Part shown: positions 55,772-64,000 of the stretch, piece after piece
Layout: each line of letters starts with the position of its first letter
Numbering within the stretch: position 1 is the first letter of the stretch
From: a virus
Lineage: Duplodnaviria; Heunggongvirae; Uroviricota; Caudoviricetes
Length of the DNA stretch: 64,000 nucleotides
Virus record (IMG/VR): IMGVR_UViG_3300032318_002198
Direction: 5' to 3' (one strand)
Made by a program: the position numbers and the translations under genes
Notes under the pieces: generated by a model
What the model was told of the DNA's origin: nothing
Seen by the model: the letters and a program-made list of their open reading frames with translations, nothing else
The model's database searches: none

Positions 55772-58700
55772 TTAACTTCCAACGAAGGTTGTTTTAAGTT
55801 GTGATGCAGAAATTGCATCTATTATTTCTATATCGTCAATCCCTGCACCATTTATAAAAATTTCATTTGATAAACATGTAATTTCAAATAAACTTCCAAA
55901 ATTATTTGCCAAAGGTACTATAACAAAATTTGTAATATCAGGTGTTAATTGATTCATGACATATGTTGACAATTCTGAAAAGTAAAATGTCTGTCCGAAA
56001 TCCCAATTTTCTAAACTAAAAAATTCTTGAATAGAATTCAATATACGAGTTTTTAATTCATTATCACTAGTCGTTCTGGTAGAATTTCTCACTGCCTTAA
56101 ATGTAGCTTGTAAACTAGACGGTGCTTTAGATCCAAACAATACTTTATATTTCACTGGTTGAAAAACTATTTCATCGCTAATTGTTTTAATTGATTCCAG
56201 AGATGACGAAAAATTTAGATCTAAACTTTGACTTGTTGGCGGCAACGGTTCGATTTCTCCTCCGGTTGTTAACCATGTTCTATATGTTCTATCATATTCT
56301 GAAGTTAATAGATAAACATCAATCATATTACTTTTTGCAGGATCTATCCTTCTGTCATCATTACTATTATGAATATATTGAAACTTTAGATTATTCCTGC
56401 CTACTTTTGCAATATAATCAGGTTGATATACCCATGGATCGCCTGTATTAACTAATGACTGGTCGTACGATTTTACAACATTAAATTCACTATCGTAAAA
56501 ATAATATAAATCTCCTGTCAATGGCGTTTCGGACGATTGAGACACACTAGTCGGATTACTATGTGCTGTTATCAGATCTGAATCGACTAAACTATATTCT
56601 TCTCTGTCATTAATCTTTTTAAAATAAACAAATTTAATATCTGTATTATTAGGATCAACTATATTATTAAAACTATCTGGATCTTGTATTTTTCCTTCAC
56701 CGGTATCATAAAAACTAACTTTAATTTTTTTAGGATTTACATATCCATCAACTTCCACTACGGCTGAATCTATTTGCCATACATAATCTTTACCTAAACT
56801 ACCGAACGTAGATGTATTTGCTGCTTTGATTGGCTCAACAGATGAATTTACAGATAGAACCTTTATTTGATCTTTAACAACTGTATTTGATACAAAATCA
56901 AAATTTATTGAGTTTTCGTCGACTATGAATCCGGTTTCTTTATCACTTTCAAATATGTAATTTAGTGTTCTAGATTTTACTGTATATCCAATACCGTTCC
57001 AAATAAATGCAATGGTCCAACTTGCATCTTTACTTAAATTATCTGTATTTCCTTGTAAAGATAAACTAAATGGATCAACTAAATTAATATTTGTATCCAA
57101 TACTATATACCAATCTCCCAAATCTTGATCAAACGATAATCCAAAATTTCTACGATTCATACACAGATTTACTATTTCATTCTCAAATGCATACGATATT
57201 GTGGTAACAAATTTTGGAATTACTGTCACTGGTATGGCTGTGCTAGGTACATAGGTACTTAATTTTATCGGCCCAGATCCGGTATCTAACAGTCCTGCTC
57301 CAGAATTAGAACCATCATCGATTACTTGTGAAACTTTTACCCAAATATAATTAGTAGTCGTATCCGATTGTGTGCTTACTAATTTTCCTTTTGAGGTAAA
57401 ATATTTTCCGCTCGGAGGAACAAATTTAATTAACGACCCTTCTGTAATATATTTTTTATTTCCTGTATTAGTTACTCCTACTGCAACTGGCAACGAATCT
57501 TCAACAAAATAACCGCTTGTTTCAGTAATAACATTTTTAGCATTTACCCAAGTCAACGAAGATAATGTAAGTTGGGGATATTGATCGATATAAAACGATC
57601 TTAATTCAGGACTACTTAAAATAGGTTGTACTCGATCCTTTATAATAGCAAATACTTCGTTTCTTGTAATATATTCAAAATTAAACGATTGCTCCGAAAG
57701 TTCTTTATAAAGAATTCCGTCGCTGGCGAATATATTTGTTTTTCCGTATTTTCCGCTTACGTCTGTAAGATCAAAATACTTACTAATACCGCTAGATATT
57801 CTGTTTACACTCTTAACTTTTAATATATCATTACCTAGTGTTAACGGAGCAACATTATAATCCTCGGCAGTTACCATTCTATTTTGAACATAAAATGCTT
57901 GCGGAGCTTTGTTCTGAATACTAGAATTAGATTCTGTACCTGAACTATTTGAAACATTATATTGCAATCCCAATATTAATGATAATTTATGAGATTGTCC
58001 ATTTTTATTTAGATATGGAATTTCAATTGTTATGCCGCTTAATTGCTCTGGCTTAATTATATATGTTAATCCATTACTTTGACGATAAAACAATCTAAAT
58101 TGTCCTTTGGGTAAATTTCCAAATGTTCCGTCGGCAAAATTTAAATCAATTTGATCTTGATCCCTGGTTGTTATACTATAGATATTTCTTTGATTTTTAT
58201 TTAAACTATTATAAATTATATTATTACCCGTTACAGCCGGTACTTTCTCCCACAACGTAGAATAGTCACCGTTTGAATCTATTTGCCATAACCATACATC
58301 TGTATCATTAATATCGGCTGCATTAATACCTATAATTTCATTCGGTACAGGATTATCCAATGTAAAACTAGACAATTCCATCGATCCTTGTTTGAACAGT
58401 ACAAAGAATCCAGTATTTTCGCTACCAGATCCCTGATTATCATTCCTATACAATAAACTAAATTCGTTGCTCGGCAAAGGAGTATCTTCAACTATAGTTG
58501 AAGAATTTTGAATACTGGCCGAAACTACTTCAAACTGCATATTCACACCGTTTATATTCTTCAAAAATTCAAATATAGGAAGGTCACTATTAGTACTATT
58601 AATCTTATACTGTTCTGTTAAAATTCCATCTACTGTTTTACGGGCAAATGGTTTACCGAATACGTAAGAAGAACCCATTGCTCCACTTAAAATGGAAGTA

Positions 58701-59164
58701 AACTGTTGATACCAATTAGTATTTGCAGGATCATTCCACGTAATAAAAGAATTTGCTAGATTATTACCAAATGGATCTATTATAGATTCTGTTGTTAAAA
58801 TTGAGGTTATCTTCAATAATCCAGATGCTGGGATATTTCTTTTAGGAACATAACTGATTAGTTGAGCCAATCTCAATATACTATCTCGTTTTTCAGCTGT
58901 TTCTAAAAAGTTTTCACGTGCATTTAAATCAATTCTAAAACTTAAATTTTGACCTAAATATGCTATTAAATCAACTAATGCAATATATTCACTACTATCA
59001 ATAAAATCATTAAAATCTTCGGGATAATTTTCCTGAAGATACGAAATCATTGTTCGTCTTAATGTTTCAAAATCGTAACTTTTGAAGTCAGCATTTCGAA
59101 AAGATTGGTATATTTTTTTCCAATCTTGAGTAACTAATAGTTTATTGTTGGTTGAAGGTATCAT
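55772..59164 (-). CDS. Baseplate wedge protein (T4 gp6-like)
   Basis: YDF..LR..MI.YL...F.DF..SSE..ALVD..AY..Q.LSF..D....E.FL.TA..R.S; QNRMVTAEDY. Confidence 0.85.
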   Translation of the reverse strand: MIPSTNNKLLVTQDWKKIYQSFRNADFKSYDFETLRRTMISYLQENYPEDFNDFIDSSEYIALVDLIAYLGQNLSFRIDLNARENFLETAEKRDSILRLAQLISYVPKRNIPASGLLKITSILTTESIIDPFGNNLANSFITWNDPANTNWYQQFTSILSGAMGSSYVFGKPFARKTVDGILTEQYKINSTNSDLPIFEFLKNINGVNMQFEVVSASIQNSSTIVEDTPLPSNEFSLLYRNDNQGSGSENTGFFVLFKQGSMELSSFTLDNPVPNEIIGINAADINDTDVWLWQIDSNGDYSTLWEKVPAVTGNNIIYNSLNKNQRNIYSITTRDQDQIDLNFADGTFGNLPKGQFRLFYRQSNGLTYIIKPEQLSGITIEIPYLNKNGQSHKLSLILGLQYNVSNSSGTESNSSIQNKAPQAFYVQNRMVTAEDYNVAPLTLGNDILKVKSVNRISSGISKYFDLTDVSGKYGKTNIFASDGILYKELSEQSFNFEYITRNEVFAIIKDRVQPILSSPELRSFYIDQYPQLTLSSLTWVNAKNVITETSGYFVEDSLPVAVGVTNTGNKKYITEGSLIKFVPPSGKYFTSKGKLVSTQSDTTTNYIWVKVSQVIDDGSNSGAGLLDTGSGPIKLSTYVPSTAIPVTVIPKFVTTISYAFENEIVNLCMNRRNFGLSFDQDLGDWYIVLDTNINLVDPFSLSLQGNTDNLSKDASWTIAFIWNGIGYTVKSRTLNYIFESDKETGFIVDENSINFDFVSNTVVKDQIKVLSVNSSVEPIKAANTSTFGSLGKDYVWQIDSAVVEVDGYVNPKKIKVSFYDTGEGKIQDPDSFNNIVDPNNTDIKFVYFKKINDREEYSLVDSDLITAHSNPTSVSQSSETPLTGDLYYFYDSEFNVVKSYDQSLVNTGDPWVYQPDYIAKVGRNNLKFQYIHNSNDDRRIDPAKSNMIDVYLLTSEYDRTYRTWLTTGGEIEPLPPTSQSLDLNFSSSLESIKTISDEIVFQPVKYKVLFGSKAPSSLQATFKAVRNSTRTTSDNELKTRILNSIQEFFSLENWDFGQTFYFSELSTYVMNQLTPDITNFVIVPLANNFGSLFEITCLSNEIFINGAGIDDIEIIDAISASQLKTTFVGS

Positions 59165-59182
59165 ACTAATTTTTATTTTTAG

Positions 59183-59190
59183 TATTTATG
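59183..59190 (-). promoter_or_regulatory. T4-type late promoter (CATAAATA)
   Basis: 18 nt upstream of ATG 59164. Confidence 0.6.
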
Positions 59191-59210
59191 TAAAAAATAA
59201 TCTAGGTATA

Positions 59211-59642
59211 TTATTGAATAACTAACCCAATATTTTGGTCGAATGCCAATTTTATTGTTTCACTTTGGTCTGTACCGTTCATTAACAATGTAACTTCTAA
59301 CAAATATCCATTAGGATATTCAGTTAAATCCATCTGAATCGGTGTTACTCTAGGATCCGACGTGCATATTCTTTCAATATCTTGCTTTAACAATTCTCTG
59401 GTTCGATCTGTGATGGGATCCATTAATAGATTCCAAATCACACATCCGAACTCAGGATTCATAACTCTTTCACCTTTTTTTGTATTAAAATGATTAATAA
59501 TATCTTGTTTGATTAGATCAAAATCAAACAATTTCGTATTATTTTCGGACAAAGAACTATATCCTTTATAAAACTGACTTGTTTTAGTTTTATTTTGAGG
59601 ACTAATTTTAGTAGTATTGATTTCAATATTTTTAAAAGGCAT
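59211..59642 (-). CDS. Baseplate wedge / sheath initiator (T4 gp25-like)
   Basis: LIKQDIINHFNTKKGERVMNPEFGC.IW.LL.DP...DPRV. Confidence 0.88.
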   Translation of the reverse strand: MPFKNIEINTTKISPQNKTKTSQFYKGYSSLSENNTKLFDFDLIKQDIINHFNTKKGERVMNPEFGCVIWNLLMDPITDRTRELLKQDIERICTSDPRVTPIQMDLTEYPNGYLLEVTLLMNGTDQSETIKLAFDQNIGLVIQ

Positions 59643-59651
59643 GATATTTCC

Positions 59652-61184
59652 TTAAGGATTTACTTTTGAGTCACCCAATATATCAGTATTTTCACTACTG
59701 AATTTCTGAGGATCTAAATTTTCGTGTTGATCCCACGGTTCATGTGTCGGCACTCGTTGCATAATACTTTGTAAATCTGATGTTTTATACAAATTACCAT
59801 TTGCCCATCCCGAATTTGTATTTCTGTTTGGTAAAGAAAATATTGACAAGGAGGTCGGTTGTTCTGCACTAGATGCCGATTCTGCGGGCGCAGCACCGGG
59901 GCCATTCATATGTATATTTGCCGCCGTTTCGCGATGATCGCCTGCACTAGAAATATTAGTAGATGCTCCTGCAGAGAATTTATTACTACCTGCACTATTG
60001 ATATTAAAATCCTTGCCTGTGGATTGTTTAATGCTATCAGTCACATTTAAATTGAATTCTTTACCTATCGAAATATTACCATTATTAACTGCTGATAGAT
60101 TATATTGATCGCCGAATATTAATTTTCCTGTTTTTCCAACAACTAGGTTGTAATCATTGGATACATTAACATTCATACTATCATACGATTTAACATTGAC
60201 ATTTCTACCTGCTTCTAAATTAATATCTCTATCTGCTCTAAAATTGAAATCTTTTTCAGAATGAATGCTGATACTATCTTGTGAATATATGTCTATTTTT
60301 CCGTTGCTAGTTAATTCTATCCAGGCTGTTCCTTTGCTATTTGCAATATATATTAAATCTTGACTGTTGTGTAATAATATTTGATGACCTGTTCTTGTAC
60401 GAATTCTAACTAATTCGTTTTGACCATACCTATCGCCATCATCCATGACAAATGTAGATCCACCCAATCGACTTACTGGCGCATTTGCATTACTTGCTCC
60501 ATCATATCCTATTTTTCCTTTTTTGGCTCCGGGACTGGTATCCAATGGACCAGGAGTACTGATACCAAATACCGAACTAGGGATTTCACGTCGAGCAGAA
60601 GATGATGTAATTCCTCTTACATCGTCGATTAACAAGCCTTGTGCTAATAATCTGTCTGCAAAAGGATGTATTGGTTTTTTAATTTTATGTACATTTGGTT
60701 CTAACGCTTTGTTTGTTTTTTTCAAATATTCAGCTACAGGTAAATTATCTGTGCTGTATCTTCTTAATTGCTCTTGTGTAGCAGCGACTTCTTTACTAGA
60801 TGCTATTCCTGGCATCATGTGATTTTGATACATGTCTGGTACACACCCTACCCAATATCCTTGATTGGGATCTCCGTCAATAAAAATCACCATTACCCGT
60901 GTTCCTACATCCGGAGGTACCATCCAAAATCCATAACTTTTTTGTACGTCATTGAAATCACTACTATTATTACCTTCATATCTTACAGAAGTTGCTCCGC
61001 AAAAAGGACTGAGGTATCTTACTATAAAAGTATCTCCTTTATTAGTGATAGTATTAGAAACTGCTCCTAATAATACTACTTCAAGATTTCCCATATATGT
61101 AGGATCTAATGTATTAGTTACTTCGGCTAGGAAAGGACCTGGCCGGCCTAGTGTTCCTCTTGTACGTGTTTCTATTTTTGACAT
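59652..61184 (-). CDS. Baseplate hub/spike (gp5/VgrG-like, no lysozyme domain recognised)
   Basis: N-terminal OB-fold (DP..MG.L.V; YGFWMVPPDVG..V.V.F), RIRTRTGHQ, beta-helix repeats. Confidence 0.8.
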   Translation of the reverse strand: MSKIETRTRGTLGRPGPFLAEVTNTLDPTYMGNLEVVLLGAVSNTITNKGDTFIVRYLSPFCGATSVRYEGNNSSDFNDVQKSYGFWMVPPDVGTRVMVIFIDGDPNQGYWVGCVPDMYQNHMMPGIASSKEVAATQEQLRRYSTDNLPVAEYLKKTNKALEPNVHKIKKPIHPFADRLLAQGLLIDDVRGITSSSARREIPSSVFGISTPGPLDTSPGAKKGKIGYDGASNANAPVSRLGGSTFVMDDGDRYGQNELVRIRTRTGHQILLHNSQDLIYIANSKGTAWIELTSNGKIDIYSQDSISIHSEKDFNFRADRDINLEAGRNVNVKSYDSMNVNVSNDYNLVVGKTGKLIFGDQYNLSAVNNGNISIGKEFNLNVTDSIKQSTGKDFNINSAGSNKFSAGASTNISSAGDHRETAANIHMNGPGAAPAESASSAEQPTSLSIFSLPNRNTNSGWANGNLYKTSDLQSIMQRVPTHEPWDQHENLDPQKFSSENTDILGDSKVNP

Positions 61185-61187
61185 GAA

Positions 61188-64000
61188 TTATGATCCCGGT
61201 GGAATATTTGTTGACTGTTTTATTCCTGTAACTAATTTATCTAATGGCGAACTTGCTGACTTAGATCCAAATACATTAATTACAGATTTTGTATTTACTG
61301 AACCCAATGATGCTTGCGCACTTTCTAGATTTTGTGACAATTGACCCACTGCTGCTGTTACTTGTTGATTTACAGATCCAAATTTATCTCTTAATGCCGA
61401 TACATCCGTTCCCACTGATGTTTTGAGAGATACTAATTTACCGCCAATATCTTTAACTTCATTAATTGCATAATTAATTTTATCGGGTGTGATTCCACCT
61501 GGTAATTTTGTTAAATCAGTAACTCCAAAAGCATTAGCAATATTAAGACCTTTAACATCTTGTAATGGTATATCAGCAGCAGGTGCAGTAGTAGCCGGAG
61601 CCAATAACGGTATATTTTTTAATTTTTCTAACGGTATTGTATTAAGCTGTAATCCTGCTCCGGATGCTCTAGGTATGTTTATAGATAATTCGTTTGCTTT
61701 AGATTTTAAACCTTCTAATTTTTCTTTACCTAATGCCGTTAAATTATTAACATCAATTCCTAAGGTTTTTGCTAGGCTATCTAATGATTGCTCTTTGGTT
61801 GCTCCTTCAATTTTATTTTGTATTCCATTAACCAGACCATTTGTGTTTGCTAATCCTTTAACTAAATTGCCTACTGTCGAATTATTAGCAAAAGTTGACA
61901 TCGCATTATCTAATGCAGTTTTTTGATTTCCAACTAAACTTCCTAATGTTTCAGCCGAAGATTTTAATTTTGATAATTGTTCTAATGGTGCAGAGATTGT
62001 AGTAGCAGCTAATCTTATTCCTTCAGATAATCTAGAATTAGATAAACTATATACTGAACTTGCTGCTGATAATAAACTCATTCCTTGAGCAACAGGATTT
62101 GTTACTTTTCCACTTAAACTATAAGTAGGATTATTTACAGTCGGTATCGATAGTTGTGTAGGATCTGGTCTGATACCCGGTCCTGAAATAGCAGGAGTAG
62201 TATCTGCTACTGTTTGATCTGATGGATTTGGACTTGTTACCGACACCAATGTAACATCCGAAGACTTAGTACTATCACCTATCGGTAACTGAGCAGGAAC
62301 TCTGATTAATTTAAATTCTTGTTTAAATACACCATTTTTAAATAAACTTTTAACTGTCGTAATCATATATACACCACTAAACGGTGCTCTAATTTTTTGA
62401 AATTGATTTACATCAACTGGATTTCTAAAAATTACAATTATATAAACTTCACCAAATGTTGAATCTATTTCGTTATCAACCGTTACATTTACATATCCAT
62501 CTTCCAATTTGGCTTTATAGTTTCCTGTTCCAGTAGTCGAGATAAAAAATGGATCTCCTAAGATTTCAAGATCTCCTTGTGCCCCCGAAACTCCTGCATT
62601 AATAACTGCTTCGTGCAAATTTCTAGCTAAAATTTGATAAGGATCATCAATTAATTGACCTCCTGTGCCTGCTGTTTTTGGATTAATGTCCGTTGGATCT
62701 GTTTTTATTGGCTGTACCGGAATTGGATGCAATGCTACTTTATCCAAACTTTCGGAATCATATTCAACTTTAGTATTATCAGAAGGCGAAGCACCATTCC
62801 TTACACCAAAAACATCTGTATTGCCTAATGCAAATGGAATACTTTCGTAAAATAGATTGTTAAAATCTAGTCTAAAATTTAATACATCAATATTTTTTCC
62901 TGTATAAGTGTAATTATATTCTTTGTAAATGATGTTTGTGATATCATTTACATTGAATTTATATGACCTATATCCGGGTACTCTTGTATAATGTATTTTA
63001 TACTCCGTGACTATATATGTGTATTTTTTATAATAATCTTTAGCTTGAGGATTTATTATATCTAAATTTGTTACTTTTGGAGTGATTAAGAAATAATTTA
63101 CAAGACCATTGGAGTCTGGTTTAAAATTCTTAAGTAATCCTTGTACATATTCACTATCAACAATTACTGCCTCAATACATTCGTTGAGATTTCTACCGGC
63201 ATTGAATTGAACTTTGATATTCGTCGTCGGAGAATATTTTAATATATTTGGATTTTGTTTAGCTTCCTCGACCGTTGGATTTGCAGTCGATGCTAAATTA
63301 GGCATCGGCGAAAGTACATTTGATTTGTTAAATTCTGATACTTTACTTTTTCCAATAGAATTTCCGTCACCAGAAAAATTATAGATACCATTTTCAAGGG
63401 TAGGGAATTTTATTTCGTATCTGTCATAATTTTTATTTTCTCCTGGGTTACTTTCATTATTTGTTTGCTGTATTTGTTTTTCTAAATTTTTACAAAGATC
63501 TTCTAAAATTTCCTTAACAGTTGCCCCTTCCATAGAAATAGGCTTTGATAATTTATTAGGATTTCCCATCGCCCTATCTGTATACATTACACCAGTGCAT
63601 TGATATTTTGTTCCTTGATGAGTTAATTCGACTTTAACTGATGATAGACCAAATAGTAAAAATTTAGTGGCGCGATCAATTTTTTCCGGTGTTGATACTG
63701 AAACGTCTACATCATCTCTGTATCCCCAAAATTCTATTTTCATTAGATATGCTGCATTTGCATATGTTGTATACCCTGCACCAAGCGAAGCAACATGTAA
63801 TGCTTCAATAAATCCATTAATACTATATGGTTCTATTACCGTGAAAGATATCTTTGAAGCAAGGCTTGCACCATTTGATGTACCTGGTGTCATTATTCCC
63901 TGGATTTCAACATCATCAATGAATAAATCAAAACGCCCAGGACTTTCTTTATTAAACCCACTTATCAATCCTTGAGTATTTTCGAGTTGTTTTTTAGATA
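61188..64000 (-). CDS. Baseplate hub-type (gp27/late-control-D-like) protein, 5' truncated by window
   Basis: Frame is open to the window edge (SKKQLENTQGLISGF...). L.ILGDP.F...SG.Y.IT.V.S.F..G.F.Q.F.L.R pattern; low-complexity C-terminus. Confidence 0.65.
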   Translation of the reverse strand, partial: SKKQLENTQGLISGFNKESPGRFDLFIDDVEIQGIMTPGTSNGASLASKISFTVIEPYSINGFIEALHVASLGAGYTTYANAAYLMKIEFWGYRDDVDVSVSTPEKIDRATKFLLFGLSSVKVELTHQGTKYQCTGVMYTDRAMGNPNKLSKPISMEGATVKEILEDLCKNLEKQIQQTNNESNPGENKNYDRYEIKFPTLENGIYNFSGDGNSIGKSKVSEFNKSNVLSPMPNLASTANPTVEEAKQNPNILKYSPTTNIKVQFNAGRNLNECIEAVIVDSEYVQGLLKNFKPDSNGLVNYFLITPKVTNLDIINPQAKDYYKKYTYIVTEYKIHYTRVPGYRSYKFNVNDITNIIYKEYNYTYTGKNIDVLNFRLDFNNLFYESIPFALGNTDVFGVRNGASPSDNTKVEYDSESLDKVALHPIPVQPIKTDPTDINPKTAGTGGQLIDDPYQILARNLHEAVINAGVSGAQGDLEILGDPFFISTTGTGNYKAKLEDGYVNVTVDNEIDSTFGEVYIIVIFRNPVDVNQFQKIRAPFSGVYMITTVKSLFKNGVFKQEFKLIRVPAQLPIGDSTKSSDVTLVSVTSPNPSDQTVADTTPAISGPGIRPDPTQLSIPTVNNPTYSLSGKVTNPVAQGMSLLSAASSVYSLSNSRLSEGIRLAATTISAPLEQLSKLKSSAETLGSLVGNQKTALDNAMSTFANNSTVGNLVKGLANTNGLVNGIQNKIEGATKEQSLDSLAKTLGIDVNNLTALGKEKLEGLKSKANELSINIPRASGAGLQLNTIPLEKLKNIPLLAPATTAPAADIPLQDVKGLNIANAFGVTDLTKLPGGITPDKINYAINEVKDIGGKLVSLKTSVGTDVSALRDKFGSVNQQVTAAVGQLSQNLESAQASLGSVNTKSVINVFGSKSASSPLDKLVTGIKQSTNIPPGS

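Noticed and set aside
61489-61926. Antisense ORFs in the six-frame track (e.g. 61489-61926, 47116-47502, 11461-11847, 60445-60822)
   Set aside because: Shadow ORFs opposite well-supported genes; no RBS, promoter or motif support.
1-64000. Alternative genetic code (stop-codon reassignment)
   Set aside because: Standard-code ORFs tile the window densely, including a 4444-aa ORF; conserved enzymes are full length; the only interruptions are explained by the HNH insertion and the poly-T.
1-64000. CRISPR array, tRNA or rRNA genes, diversity-generating retroelement
   Set aside because: No regularly spaced direct repeats, cloverleaf-compatible intergenic segments or reverse transcriptase motifs were seen; intergenic gaps are short.

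Overview
AT-rich segment of a large T4-like (jumbo) myophage genome, read in the standard genetic code; no tRNA, rRNA or CRISPR array was recognised. The left arm is mostly on the + strand. It carries a dnaJ-def-clpA proteostasis operon, late genes with capsid-targeting-like N-termini, a three-gene nucleotidyltransferase operon and dps. A family-B DNA polymerase is split inside its proofreading domain by a free-standing HNH endonuclease. A ~10 kb base-modification locus follows: TGT/DpdA-like transglycosylase, two sugar-type oxidoreductases, QueD-like, two GT-B glycosyltransferases, cupin, HIT, a second HNH, and a QueE frameshifted at a 19-T tract. After it come RNase H, a MoxR/vWA pair, DHFR and ThyA. 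The right arm (- strand) is the baseplate/tail module, including a 4444-aa protein. Regulation appears two-tiered: sigma70-type promoters and T4-type late boxes (consensus ATAAATA), several with ribosome-binding-site hairpins or leaderless starts. The best candidates for new biology are (1) a glycosylated 7-deazaguanine hypermodification pathway, possibly switched by a homopolymer, and (2) a non-splicing split polymerase with a novel two-part insert. All family assignments come from motif recognition by eye; no database searches were run.
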